Assembly: GCA_016867715.1 (NCBI GenBank)
Contig: VGIW01000003.1
Coordinates: forward strand, 5,251-69,250
Length of the DNA: 64,000 bases
Source of the DNA: Candidatus Eiseniibacteriota bacterium
Lineage (GTDB): Bacteria > Orphanbacterota > Orphanbacteria > Orphanbacterales > Orphanbacteraceae
Reading direction: 5' to 3'
The notes beneath the pieces are model-generated. The model ran no database searches and was not told where the DNA came from. It was given only the letters and a program-made list of their open reading frames with translations. Shown one piece after another: positions 7,272-18,112 of this stretch; position 1 is the stretch's first letter; each line of letters starts with the position of its first letter. The position numbers and the translations under genes are program-made.

Positions 7272-7721
7272 GTGCGCTGTCCTTCGTGCGGAAAGGATCG
7301 CGACAAGGTCGTTGATTCCCGGAGCGTGCGCGCCGGGAGGGCGGTGCGGCGGCGGCGGCATTGCACGGAGTGCGGGCATCGCTTCACGACGTACGAGTAC
7401 GTCGACACCGCGGTGTTCGTCGTCGTCAAGAAGGACGGGAGGCGCGAGCCGTACAACCGGGAGAAGCTCGTCAGCGGGATCCTCACCGCGTGCGAGAAGC
7501 GGCCGGTCTCCCGCGACGCGATCGACGCCCTCGTGGATCGGGTCGAGACGGCGATCGGGGAACAGGGAGAGCGCGAGGTCCGGAGCCAGACGATCGGCGA
7601 GGCGGTGATGAAGGAGCTCCGCAAGCTGGACGAGGTCGCGTACGTTCGTTTTGCCTCGGTGTATCGACGCTTCAAGGATGTGGGCGAGTTCCTGGACGAA
7701 GTCCGCTCGCTCCTTGACTGA
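7272..7721 (+). CDS. nrdR: Transcriptional repressor NrdR
   Basis: MRCPSCGKDRDKVVDSRSV... zinc ribbon plus ATP-cone domain, 149 aa. Confidence 0.9.
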   Translation: MRCPSCGKDRDKVVDSRSVRAGRAVRRRRHCTECGHRFTTYEYVDTAVFVVVKKDGRREPYNREKLVSGILTACEKRPVSRDAIDALVDRVETAIGEQGEREVRSQTIGEAVMKELRKLDEVAYVRFASVYRRFKDVGEFLDEVRSLLD

Positions 7722-7724
7722 TCG

Positions 7725-8576
7725 ATGTCCGCGAGGCGAAGACCGGCCGGCCGCTCCGATCGCAAGGAGATGCCCTTCCTCGAACACCTCGAGGAGCTCC
7801 GCGGGGTTCTCCTCCAATCCGCAGCCCTCGTCGCCCTCTTCGCGTGCGGCGGATGGTTCCTTTCGAGCGAGGGGCTCGACCTCCTCATCCGTCCGGTCGG
7901 ATCGCTCGTCTTTCTAGGCCCGACCGAGGCGTTCACCCTCCGCCTCAAGATCGCCCTTCTCCTCGGCTTCCTCGCCTCGCTCCCCTTCGTTCTCTACAAG
8001 GTGTGGAGCTTCGTGGCGCCCGGTCTCTTCGAGCGTGAGAGACGCTTCGTCGTTCTCGTCGTCGGAGCCTCGACGGTTCTCTTCCTCGCGGGGGCCGCCT
8101 TCGGCCTCTTTGTGCTCGTGCCGATCGCGGTCGCCTTCCTCCTCGGCTTCGGCACGGAGAGCCTCCGCCCGATGATCGCGGCGGGGAACTACTTCGCGTT
8201 CGTGACGAAGCTTCTTCTTGCGTTCGGGGTCGTCTTCCAGCTCCCGCTCGCGGTCACGCTCCTCACACACGTCGGCCTGCTCCAGCCGGAGTGGCTTCTC
8301 CGGAAGTGGCGCTACGCGATCGTCGTGATCGCGGTGGTGTCGGCGGTCCTCACGCCCCCCGACGTCGCCTCGCAGATCCTGATGGGTGTCCCAGTCCTCG
8401 CGCTCTACTTCCTCTCGATCCTCATCTCGTTCGCCGTCCGAAAGAAACGACGGGAAGAGAACGAACGCGATCGGGAGAGCGAGGAGGGCGAGGGAGGCGA
8501 GGAAACCGGCGGAGAGAACGGAGACGAAATCGAAGAAGAAACCGAACGGGTGAGGCGAACGGAGGATCCGGAGTGA
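7725..8576 (+). CDS. tatC: Sec-independent protein translocase TatC
   Basis: Six transmembrane segments, the FLEHLEELR N-terminal motif, and an acidic C-terminal tail. Confidence 0.85.
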   Translation: MSARRRPAGRSDRKEMPFLEHLEELRGVLLQSAALVALFACGGWFLSSEGLDLLIRPVGSLVFLGPTEAFTLRLKIALLLGFLASLPFVLYKVWSFVAPGLFERERRFVVLVVGASTVLFLAGAAFGLFVLVPIAVAFLLGFGTESLRPMIAAGNYFAFVTKLLLAFGVVFQLPLAVTLLTHVGLLQPEWLLRKWRYAIVVIAVVSAVLTPPDVASQILMGVPVLALYFLSILISFAVRKKRREENERDRESEEGEGGEETGGENGDEIEEETERVRRTEDPE

Positions 8577-9391
8577 GAGGAGAAACGGCTCGGTTTGCGG
8601 AGAGCGCGGCGCGCGAGGCGGGTGCGCTTCTCCTTCGGCGCTTCCGCGGCGCCGGAGGGGATCGCGTGCGCTTCAAGGGTGCGAAGGACCTCGTGACCGA
8701 AGCGGACGAAGAAGCGGAGCGCCTGCTCCGAGCGCGGATCGGGAGTAGGTTTCCATCCGACCGGATCGTGGCCGAAGAAGGAGGGGGACGGGCCGAAGGG
8801 GCCGAGGCGGTCTGGTACGTCGACCCGCTCGACGGAACGACGAACTTCGTCCATCGCTTCCCTCTCTTCTCCGTGTCGGTCGCGCGCGAGGAGCGGGGAG
8901 AGCTCGCGGTCGGGGTCGTGCACGTTCCCGTGCTCGAGGAGACGTTCGTCGCGGAGAAGGGAGGCGGCGCATTCTTGAACGGTGAACGAATCCGCGTGAG
9001 CGGCGTGCGGGAGCCAATCGAGGCGCTCGTCGCCACCGGCTTCGCCTGCGTCCGCTCGAACCGGATTCCGAACGGCGTGCCGGTGTTCGATCGGGTGGTT
9101 CACGAGGTTCAAGGCGTGCGGAGGGGGGGCTCGGCGGCGATCGATCTCGCGTACACCGCGGCGGGGCGCTTCGACGGGTTCTGGGAGATGAACCTGAACG
9201 CGTGGGACATCGCCGCCGGGATCCTTCTCGTCCGCGAGGCGGGAGGGGTGGTGACCGATTTCCTCGGGGGGAACGAGATGGTCCGCCGGAAGGAGCTCGT
9301 GGCGGGGAACCGGGCGGTCCACGCGTACCTGATCGACCGGATCGCGCGCACTGCAGAGGAGGAAGGTTGGGATCTTCGGGCGGGGGACTAG
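8573..9391 (+). CDS. suhB: Inositol monophosphatase family protein (SuhB-like)
   Basis: Motifs WYVDPLDGTTNFVH and WDIAAG. GGAGGA lies 6 nt upstream of the GTG at 8573, which overlaps the tatC stop. The ORF-track start at 8291 is an upstream over-extension into tatC. Confidence 0.8.
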   Translation: MRGETARFAESAAREAGALLLRRFRGAGGDRVRFKGAKDLVTEADEEAERLLRARIGSRFPSDRIVAEEGGGRAEGAEAVWYVDPLDGTTNFVHRFPLFSVSVAREERGELAVGVVHVPVLEETFVAEKGGGAFLNGERIRVSGVREPIEALVATGFACVRSNRIPNGVPVFDRVVHEVQGVRRGGSAAIDLAYTAAGRFDGFWEMNLNAWDIAAGILLVREAGGVVTDFLGGNEMVRRKELVAGNRAVHAYLIDRIARTAEEEGWDLRAGD

Positions 9392-9465
9392 GGGAAGGTC
9401 GGAGGAAGCTGGCGCACGCCGGCGTTCTCGTCGCGGTCCCCATCTTCCGGCTTCTTCCTGTCGAC

Positions 9466-10659
9466 GTGCTCCTTCCGCTCTCCGCCGCCGCCCTCGGGGC
9501 GGTGTGGGCGCTGGGACCGTTTCTTCTTTCCCGGCTCGCCCGTCCGGGGGAAGGATGGGTCCGATTCTCCCTCGCGGTCTCCTCGTTTCCGCTCGCGGCG
9601 GGGCTTCTCCTCGCCGCGTTTCCCGAGAGGCCCGGAGTGGCCGCGTCGGCCGTCGCCCTTCTCGCGGCAGGGGACGCGGCGGCGAACACCGCGGGGAGGC
9701 AAATCGGCGGGCCTCGCCTCCCTTGGAACGCCCGGAAGACGGCCGTGGGGAGCGCGGCGTTTCTTGTCGCCGGCCTCGCGGCGGCAGGTCTCTCCTTTGC
9801 CCTCGTCGATGCGACCCCGATCGGGCGGGCGGTTCCCCTTCTCCTCGCCCCCGTCCTTCTCGGCGCGGCGATCGAGAGCCTTCCCACCCGGATCGGGGAC
9901 AACCTGCCGGTCGCCCTCTTCCCCGGTGTGCTTCTCGGGCATCTCGCGGGCGGTACCGAGATCCCGTGGGACGTCGCGCCGTCGCGGCTCCCCGCGGGGC
10001 TGCTCGTGTTCGTTCTTCTCGCCCTTCTCGGGCTCCGGACCCGTTCCCTCGACCGATCGGGGGCGGCGGCCGGCATCCTCCTCGGATCGCTCATCTTCAC
10101 CGCAGCAGGCCCTCCGGCATGCGCTCTTCTCGTCCTCTTCGTCCTCCTCGGAACTCTCTCCTCTCGGATCGCCAAGCGGGCGCACGCCCCGCGGGGAGCG
10201 CGGCATGCGATCGCGAACCTCGGGATCCCGGCCTTTCTCGCCGTTCTTCTGTGGATGGGAGGAGGGGCGGCGGTCCGGACCGCGTACGCGGCGGCTCTCG
10301 CGGCCGCCCTCGCCGACACGCTCTCCGGGGAAATCGGCATGCTCTCCCCCGTTCCCCCGCGCCTCATCCTCGGCTTTCGAGAGGTTCCTCCCGGGACGGA
10401 CGGGGGGGTGACGGTTCTCGGCACGCTCTCCGGCGCGGTCGGTTCAGCCCTTCTCGCCGCGCTGGGTCTCGGGCTCGGCTTCCTCGGAGGGAGAGAGGCG
10501 GCGGTCGCAGCGCTCGCGGGCTTCGCGGGGACGCTCGTCGACAGCCTCCTCGGCGCCTCGGCCGAGAGGGCGGGCCTCATCGGGAACGAGGAGGTGAACT
10601 TCCTCTCGATCCTCGGGGCCGCCCTCCTCGGGGGCCTTGTCGTCTCCTTCGGGGCGTAG
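9466..10659 (+). CDS. Fused membrane protein: CTP-dependent polyprenol (dolichol/phytol) kinase-like N-terminus plus DUF92/TMEM19-like C-terminus
   Basis: The N-terminal half has a CdsA/dolichol-kinase-type motif GDAAANTAGRQIGGPRLPWNARKTAVGSAAFLVAG. The C-terminal half is a multi-pass hydrophobic DUF92-like region. The start is uncertain: the first in-frame GTG is at 9466, and the ORF-track ATG at 9202 lies inside suhB. Confidence 0.55.
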   Translation: MLLPLSAAALGAVWALGPFLLSRLARPGEGWVRFSLAVSSFPLAAGLLLAAFPERPGVAASAVALLAAGDAAANTAGRQIGGPRLPWNARKTAVGSAAFLVAGLAAAGLSFALVDATPIGRAVPLLLAPVLLGAAIESLPTRIGDNLPVALFPGVLLGHLAGGTEIPWDVAPSRLPAGLLVFVLLALLGLRTRSLDRSGAAAGILLGSLIFTAAGPPACALLVLFVLLGTLSSRIAKRAHAPRGARHAIANLGIPAFLAVLLWMGGGAAVRTAYAAALAAALADTLSGEIGMLSPVPPRLILGFREVPPGTDGGVTVLGTLSGAVGSALLAALGLGLGFLGGREAAVAALAGFAGTLVDSLLGASAERAGLIGNEEVNFLSILGAALLGGLVVSFGA

Positions 10660-10691
10660 GCGGAACCGATTGAAAAATCAGTAGGTTTGGC

Positions 10692-10720
10692 TTGACAGGT
10701 TTCGCCGGATTTGCTTGAAT
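10692..10720 (+). promoter_or_regulatory. Candidate sigma-70 promoter TTGACA-N17-TTGAAT upstream of the HU gene
   Basis: TTGACA at 10692-10697. The -10 is weak. Confidence 0.3.
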
Positions 10721-10780
10721 GACCAAGGGACTCTTCTTCGCCCCCTTCTCGCGGGGCACCGAGAAAGGAGGCCGCCGGTC

Positions 10781-11065
10781 ATGACGAAAGCGGACCTTGT
10801 GGAGCAGATCGCGACGAGCACGGGATTGACGAAGAAGGACACGGCCGAGGCGGTCGACGAGTTCCTCGGCGCGATCAAGAAGGCTCTCCGGGAGGGGGAG
10901 CATATCGAGATTCGCGGGTTCGGAACGTTCAAGGTCAAGGAGCGAAAGGCGCGAACCGCGCGCAATCCTCGGACGGGCGATCCGGTTCCTCTCCCTTCGC
11001 GGCGGGTTCCGGTGTTCAAGGTCTCGAAGGAGCTGAAGGCCCGCATCAATCAGGGGCGGGAGTAG
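10781..11065 (+). CDS. hup: HU/IHF family DNA-binding protein
   Basis: MTKADLVEQIA...GFGTFKV...RNPRTG, 94 aa from the internal ATG with GAAAGGAGG upstream. Confidence 0.85.
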   Translation: MTKADLVEQIATSTGLTKKDTAEAVDEFLGAIKKALREGEHIEIRGFGTFKVKERKARTARNPRTGDPVPLPSRRVPVFKVSKELKARINQGRE

Positions 11066-11101
11066 TCCGGGCGATCCCTGCTTCTCGCGGATGGGACGAA
11101 G

Positions 11102-11842
11102 ATGGGGCTCTTCATCGCGTTCGAGGGGCTCGACGGCGCGGGAACGACCACGCAGGCGACGCTTCTCGCCGATCGCCTCGAGGCCGAGGGCGTTCCCGTC
11201 CATCTGACGAAGGAGCCTTCCGAGGGACCGGTCGGGAACCTGATCTCGCTCGTGCTCCGCAGGCGGCTCGTCTCGCCGACTGCGGGGAGGCCTCTCGATC
11301 CGTTTCCCGACGATCTCCTAGCGCTTCTCTTCGCCGCCGACCGGATCGATCATCTTCACGCCGAGATCCTCCCGAAGCTTCGGGAGGGGATCACCGTTGT
11401 GACCGACCGCTACATCCTGTCGTCCTATGCGTACCAGTCGCTCGGCTGCGACCTGAAGTGGATCCGCGAGGTGAACGCGCATGCGGTGATGCCCGATCTC
11501 ACGTTCCTCATCGATGTTCCGGCGCCCGTGTGTCTGCGCCGCATCGAGAAGGGCCGGTGGGAAACCGAGCTCTTCGAGGGGCTGGACAAGCTGGTCGTCG
11601 TGCGCAAGAACTACCTCCGCATCGCCGCGAGCCCGATCGGCGAGTCGATGAACGTGGTTCTTCTCGACGGCGAGAAGGAGGTCCGCGCCCTCCAGAAGGA
11701 GATCTGGGAACGGCTGCGCTCTTCCGTGCAACCGGGGGCGAAGGAAGGGGTTGAAGGGGAAGGCGACGATTCGCAGCTCGGCCTGAATCTCTGCCCGGCG
11801 GACGAACCGGGCCCCGCGACGGGAGGGGAAGAAGAGCGATGA
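11102..11842 (+). CDS. tmk: Thymidylate kinase
   Basis: FIAFEGLDGAGTTTQ P-loop and a DRY-like motif. Confidence 0.85.
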   Translation: MGLFIAFEGLDGAGTTTQATLLADRLEAEGVPVHLTKEPSEGPVGNLISLVLRRRLVSPTAGRPLDPFPDDLLALLFAADRIDHLHAEILPKLREGITVVTDRYILSSYAYQSLGCDLKWIREVNAHAVMPDLTFLIDVPAPVCLRRIEKGRWETELFEGLDKLVVVRKNYLRIAASPIGESMNVVLLDGEKEVRALQKEIWERLRSSVQPGAKEGVEGEGDDSQLGLNLCPADEPGPATGGEEER

Positions 11843-12090
11843 AGAGGGATCCTTCGGCCTCCTCTTTTGTGATACCGACCTCGAGCGACGCCGGCAACGT
11901 GTACGAGCTGGTCGTCGTGGCGGCTCTTCGCGCGCGCCAGCTCAACCGGTTCCCCCAGCTTCGCGATCGGGACGCGACGGGAACGATTGTCGATCAGGCG
12001 GTCCGCGAGGCGGCGACCAAGAAGCTCGCCTATGCGATCGCGGAGCGGGAGGAGGTTCCGGCCCAGGTGTCGCGCCCGATTGAAGGATGA
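11839..12090 (+). CDS. rpoZ: DNA-directed RNA polymerase omega subunit
   Basis: NVYELVVVAALRARQL is the RpoZ signature. 83 aa. Confidence 0.8.
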   Translation: MKRDPSASSFVIPTSSDAGNVYELVVVAALRARQLNRFPQLRDRDATGTIVDQAVREAATKKLAYAIAEREEVPAQVSRPIEG

Positions 12091-13031
12091 ACCGTTCGAC
12101 TGTGGGTTATCGATACGTAATTGGAGTGGATCTCGGCGCGACGACGGTTCGCGCCGCCCTGTTTTCGGTCGAGGGGCGGATCGGAAACCGCCTCGAGACC
12201 CGGTTCGCGCCGAGCGGGAGCGGCGAGGAGGACCGTGCGGCCTTCTTCCGCGTTCTCGAGGATCTTCTCGCCGGCGAAAAGCGCTCCGGCCTTCTCGCGG
12301 TCGGGATCGGCTCGTTCGGGCCGCTCGACCGGGAGAGGACGCGCATCGAGGAAGCGCCGAACCGACCGAGCTGGAAGCACTATCCCCTCCGCGAGGCGGT
12401 GGAAGAGAGGCTCGCCGCTCCGGTGATCGTCGAGAACGACGCGAACGCGGCGACGTTCGGCGAGTTTCGTCGCGGAGCCGGGAAGGGAGCGGAGAGCCTT
12501 CTCGGGCTCACGGTCGGCACCGGGATCGGAGGGGGCTTCGTGAGCGAGGGGAAGATCCTCGTGGGCGCATGGGGGAACGCGGGGGAGTTCGGGCACATGT
12601 ACGTCGGGGGCGAGGGAGTTCGATGCCGGTGCGGGGCCCTCGATTGCCTCGAGACCTACGCGTCCGCCGAGGGGATCAAGCGCGCGTACCGCTCGCGCGC
12701 GGCGGGCGATCCGTCGCTCTCTTGCCACGGCATCTTCCATCTCGCCAGAAGCGGGGACCGGATCGCGGTCGAGACGATCGAGACGGCGGCGCGCCTCCTC
12801 GGGCGCGCGATCGCCTCGCTTCAAAAAGCGTTCGACCCGGAGCGGATCGTGATCGGAGGAGGGCTCTCGCGGGAGCGAGACCTTCTCGTCGAGCCGGCGA
12901 TCCGGGAAGCGCGCGAGCAGGTCTTTCCTGCCCAGAGGGAGCGTTTCCAGGCGTTCCCAGCTGCCCTCGGACCCGACGCGGGCCTCGTCGGCGCGGCCGA
13001 GCTTGCGCTCGAAATCGCCGAGAACCGCTGA
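12087..13031 (+). CDS. ROK family sugar kinase (glucokinase-like)
   Basis: IGVDLGATTVRAAL..., the ROK Cys motif CRCGALDCLE, and GGGLS. Confidence 0.8.
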   Translation: MNRSTVGYRYVIGVDLGATTVRAALFSVEGRIGNRLETRFAPSGSGEEDRAAFFRVLEDLLAGEKRSGLLAVGIGSFGPLDRERTRIEEAPNRPSWKHYPLREAVEERLAAPVIVENDANAATFGEFRRGAGKGAESLLGLTVGTGIGGGFVSEGKILVGAWGNAGEFGHMYVGGEGVRCRCGALDCLETYASAEGIKRAYRSRAAGDPSLSCHGIFHLARSGDRIAVETIETAARLLGRAIASLQKAFDPERIVIGGGLSRERDLLVEPAIREAREQVFPAQRERFQAFPAALGPDAGLVGAAELALEIAENR

Positions 13032-13100
13032 GTCTTCTCGCGCCTTCCCATCCTCAATGTACGGTTCTTCCGGCCGATTCTTGGGTCGGAGGGTCTTCCC

Positions 13101-13610
13101 GTGCGCCCTGCGACACCCCATGTAAGAATCCTGGAGGATAGATTTCCCCACTTGGTCGTCAAGGACGAGGAGGGGGGACGGTCGTTCCGTTCCGCCGGAG
13201 GGGCGGAGATCTTCCGCCTCGAAGCGGACGGCCGGCGTCTCCGTCTCCCCGTTTCGCGCAAAGTCCTCGACGATCTCTTTGGAGGGCTCCCGTTCCCGGT
13301 GGAGTCCTCCGACCGCGCCTCGGTGGTGCCGCTTGCGGATGTCGGGGAACCCGAGCTGATCTTCGCGTTGATCGAAGCGCTCGAAGAGCAGGCGGGCGCT
13401 TCGCCCGGTCATGACGAACCGAAAGCCGCCGCGCCCGCTCGCCGTATCGCGCCGGAGGCGCCCTCGCGGATCCCGACGCGCCTCTTGCGAATCGCTCTCG
13501 CCGGGATCGCCCTTCTTCTCGCGCTCTTCCTCGGGTTCTCGTGGAAGCTCGCGCAGAAGAGCCTCGACCAAGACCGCGAGCAGTGGATCGAAACGCTCCT
13601 CCGCCGCTGA
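13101..13610 (+). CDS. Hypothetical protein with a C-terminal transmembrane helix
   Basis: GGAGGG lies 8 nt before a GTG start, it is co-oriented with its neighbours, and it fills an otherwise empty gap. No family assigned. Confidence 0.45.
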   Translation: MRPATPHVRILEDRFPHLVVKDEEGGRSFRSAGGAEIFRLEADGRRLRLPVSRKVLDDLFGGLPFPVESSDRASVVPLADVGEPELIFALIEALEEQAGASPGHDEPKAAAPARRIAPEAPSRIPTRLLRIALAGIALLLALFLGFSWKLAQKSLDQDREQWIETLLRR

Positions 13611-13641
13611 CGAACCGCGCCGGTCGGTCGGCCCGCGCCGG

Positions 13642-13670
13642 TTGACACGTCTCCGCGCTTCTCCTATTCT
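13642..13670 (+). promoter_or_regulatory. Candidate sigma-70 promoter TTGACA-N17-TATTCT upstream of meaB
   Basis: TTGACA at 13642-13647 and TATTCT at 13665-13670. It lies 25 nt upstream of the GTG at 13695. Confidence 0.45.
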
Positions 13671-13694
13671 CATCCATAGATCGGGCGTGTTTCG

Positions 13695-14725
13695 GTGCTT
13701 GTCGCTCGGGCGGAAGCGCCGCTTTCACCGAGAGTCCCTCCAACCCCGGGTGCTTTCTTGCGGTCGAACGGCGGAGACCTCGCTCGCAGGATTCTCGAGG
13801 GGGATCGGATCTCCCTCGCCCGCGCGATTTCCCTGGTCGAGAACGAGAGCGACGGAGCGGGGGCCCTTCTCGACGCGCTCTACCCGCGAACGGGTGCCGC
13901 GTATCGCCTGGGCGTGACCGGTCCGCCCGGTGCGGGGAAGAGCACGCTCGTCGGGCGCCTCGCGCGCGCCTACTGGGAAGCGGGAAAGCGCGTGGGCGTC
14001 GTCGCGGTCGACCCGTCGAGTCCGTTCACGCACGGGGCGCTCCTCGGCGACCGCATCCGCTTCCAAGATCTCCCGAATGATCCGCGCCTCTTCGTGCGAA
14101 GCATGGCCTCGCGCGGAAGCCCGGGCGGCCTCGCGTTCCGGACCGGAGAGGCGTGCGACCTTCTCGACGCGTTCGGCATGGAGATCGTTCTTGTCGAAAC
14201 GGTCGGCGTCGGCCAATCGGAGCTCGACGTCGCCCGCGCCGTTCACACGACGGTGGTTGTGCTCGTCCCGGAGTCGGGAGACGAGGTCCAGGCGATGAAG
14301 GCCGGCCTCATGGAGATCGGCCATGTCTTCGCCGTGAACAAGGCGGACCGCGAGGGGGCGGCGCGGATCACTCGAAACCTCAAGGATATGCTTCTCCTGC
14401 GCAGGCCGGCGCCAGACTCGTGGGTCCCTCCCGTGCAGCCGGTCTCCGCCCTTCGCGGCGATCATCTCGACGAGCTTCTCGATGCGATCGGGAAGCATCG
14501 GCGCCATCTCGAGGAGGCCGGCGCGCTCGGCCGCCTCAAGCGAGAGCGCGCGGAGCAGAGGATCCGCGAGATCGTGGAGTCGGAGCTCGCCTCGACGTTT
14601 TGGATGCGCGAGGGGATCCCGGCGCGGCTCAAGGACGCGCTCGCGCGTATCGAGGAAGGCCGCTCCTCCCCGTATCGGGAAGCGGCCGACCTTCTGCATG
14701 GTGCCGGGAAGGAGAAGGAGACCCG

Positions 14726-14729
<4 letters not shown>
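13695..14729 (+). CDS. meaB: Methylmalonyl-CoA mutase-associated GTPase MeaB/ArgK
   Basis: [14 protein letters not shown]-loop, VVAVDPSSP, and the ALRGD motif. The start may lie a few codons downstream. Confidence 0.85.
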
Positions 14730-16348
<1,619 letters not shown>

Positions 16349-16349
16349 C

Positions 16350-16401
16350 GTACCTGATACCCTATTTCTGACTGATACCCTTGAAACAGGGTATCAGGTA
16401 C
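16350..16401. repeat. Inverted repeat (19-nt arms, 1 mismatch, 14-nt loop) between the two mutase subunit genes; CTGATACCCT occurs three times
   Basis: Arms GTACCTGATACCCTATTTC (16350-16368) and GAAACAGGGTATCAGGTAC (16383-16401). The loop TGACTGATACCCTT carries a third copy of the motif. Confidence 0.55.
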
Positions 16402-16417
16402 CGAAGGAGAGAGAAGC

Positions 16418-16834
16418 ATGCAAGGACCGATTCGCGTCCTCGTAGCGAAGGTGGGGCTGGACGGTCACGACCGCGGCGTGAAGGTCGTGGCGAGCGCTCT
16501 TCGCGACGCGGGGATGGAGGTGATCTACACCGGTCTTCACCAAACGCCGGAGAAGGTCGCGCAGGCGGCGCTTGAAGAGGACGTGGACGTTGTCGCGATC
16601 AGCATCCTCTCGGGCGCGCACATGACCCTCTTCCCGCGCGTGCTGGAGCTGCTCCGAAAAGGGGGCGGCGGGCACGTCCTGGTTTGCGGAGGCGGGATCA
16701 TCCCGGAGAAGGACCAGGATGCTCTCGGCGCGCTCGGGGTCGGGCGCTTGTTCGGGCCGGGGACCGCGACCGGCGAGATCGTCGCCTATCTGGAAGAGGA
16801 GATCGCGCGCCGCCGCGCGTCGCGAAACGCCTGA
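16418..16834 (+). CDS. Methylmalonyl-CoA mutase B12-binding (small) subunit
   Basis: [33 protein letters not shown] is the DxHxxG cobalamin-binding signature. 138 aa. Confidence 0.9.
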   Translation: MQGPIRVLVAKVGLDGHDRGVKVVASALRDAGMEVIYTGLHQTPEKVAQAALEEDVDVVAISILSGAHMTLFPRVLELLRKGGGGHVLVCGGGIIPEKDQDALGALGVGRLFGPGTATGEIVAYLEEEIARRRASRNA

Positions 16835-16906
16835 GACCTCGCGCGGGCCCCGATTCGCGGCCGCAGCGGGAAACGCGTGCATGATCCAGGCGAGAAGGGA
16901 GGATCC

Positions 16907-18097
16907 ATGAACGCCGATCGTAGACCCGTCATCGTGAGCGCGGCGCGCACCGCCATCGGTGAGTACATGAAAGGGCTTGCGCCGATGGGAGCGCCCGCGC
17001 TCGGGGCGCTCGCCGTCCGCGAGGTCGTGCGAAGGGCCGGCATCGAACCGGATGTCGTGGACGAGGTGATCCTCGGAAACGTGGTCTCGAGCGGGCTCGG
17101 GCAAGCCCCCGCCCGGCAGGCGGCGATTCACGGCGGGATCCCGGCCTCGAAGGCCGCGATCACCATCAACAAGGTCTGCGGCTCCGGGTTGAAAGCGGTC
17201 GTTCTCGCCTCGCAGGCGATCCGCCTCGGAGACGCGGACGCGGTGATCGCGGGCGGCATGGAGAGCATGTCGAACGTTCCCTACTACCTCATGAAGGCGC
17301 GCGCCGGCTACCGAATGGGGAACGACTATCTCGTCGACGGGATGATCTTCGACGGCCTCTGGGACTCGTTTCACAACTTCCACATGGGGATGGCGGCGGA
17401 GAAGACCGCGGAGCTATCGATCATTTCGCGCGAGGAGCAGGACCGCTACGCGGCCGAAAGCCACCGGAAGGCTATCGCCGCCGCCGAGGCTGGAAAGTTC
17501 AAAGACGAAATCTTCCCTGTTGAAATCCCTAGCAAAAAAGGAAACCCGACGGTCTTCGACAAGGACGAGCGCCCGCGCGCCGACGCTTCCCTCGAGTCGC
17601 TCGCGAAGCTCCGCCCCGCTTTCAAGAAGGACGGAACGGTAACCGCGGGGAACGCGCCGGGACTGAACGACGGCGCCTCGGCGGTTCTTGTGATGGCGGA
17701 AGCCAGAGCGCGCGAGCTCGGGGTGAAGCCGATGGCGCGCATCGAGGCGTACGCGGTCGGCGGGGCCGAGCCGGAGATGGTCTTCTACGCCCCGATCGAC
17801 GCCGTGCGGAAGCTCCTCGCGAAGACCGGCCGGTCGATCGCCGACTACGACCTCATCGAGATCAACGAGGCGTTCGCCGTGCAGGCCCTCGCCGACGGGA
17901 AGGAGCTCGGTTGGGATTGGAATCGAGTCAACGTGAACGGAGGCGCGATCGCCCTCGGCCATCCGATCGGCGCGAGCGGCGCCCGCGTCCTGACGACGCT
18001 TCTCTACGCGATGAAGGACCGCGGGAAGTCGCTCGGGCTCGCCGCGATCTGTCTCGGGGGGGGAAACGCCGTGGCGCTCAGCGTCGAGGCGGTCTGA
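16907..18097 (+). CDS. Acetyl-CoA C-acetyltransferase (thiolase II)
   Basis: [22 protein letters not shown] and GGGNAVAL thiolase signatures. Confidence 0.9.
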   Translation: MNADRRPVIVSAARTAIGEYMKGLAPMGAPALGALAVREVVRRAGIEPDVVDEVILGNVVSSGLGQAPARQAAIHGGIPASKAAITINKVCGSGLKAVVLASQAIRLGDADAVIAGGMESMSNVPYYLMKARAGYRMGNDYLVDGMIFDGLWDSFHNFHMGMAAEKTAELSIISREEQDRYAAESHRKAIAAAEAGKFKDEIFPVEIPSKKGNPTVFDKDERPRADASLESLAKLRPAFKKDGTVTAGNAPGLNDGASAVLVMAEARARELGVKPMARIEAYAVGGAEPEMVFYAPIDAVRKLLAKTGRSIADYDLIEINEAFAVQALADGKELGWDWNRVNVNGGAIALGHPIGASGARVLTTLLYAMKDRGKSLGLAAICLGGGNAVALSVEAV

Positions 18098-18112
18098 GCG
18101 AAGGAGGAAAAC

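Noticed and set aside
5903-7315. Alternate-frame + strand ORFs with Arg-rich translations. Others of this kind: 9504-10673, 11987-13141, 20521-21459, 28017-28790, 34691-36235, 61601-62554; also the 5' extensions of ORFs 14153, 23366, 27565, 46072, 46949, 50435 and 53040.
   Set aside because: They overlap the genuine frame of conserved genes, and their composition is typical of off-frame reading of GC-rich codons. Where they precede a real gene they are upstream over-extensions into the previous gene.
4794-7817. 1007-aa minus-strand ORF. Similar long minus-strand ORFs: 8673-10580, 12030-13673, 14462-16081, 18398-20854, 24408-25745, 25813-27786, 30159-33290, 33300-35942, 38087-39994, 57360-59459, 60811-62151, 62582-63913.
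   Set aside because: They are antisense to well-supported + strand genes with clear conserved motifs. Their translations are Arg/Pro/Gly-rich with no recognisable domains. Stop-codon depletion on the opposite strand is an artefact of a ~70% GC genome.
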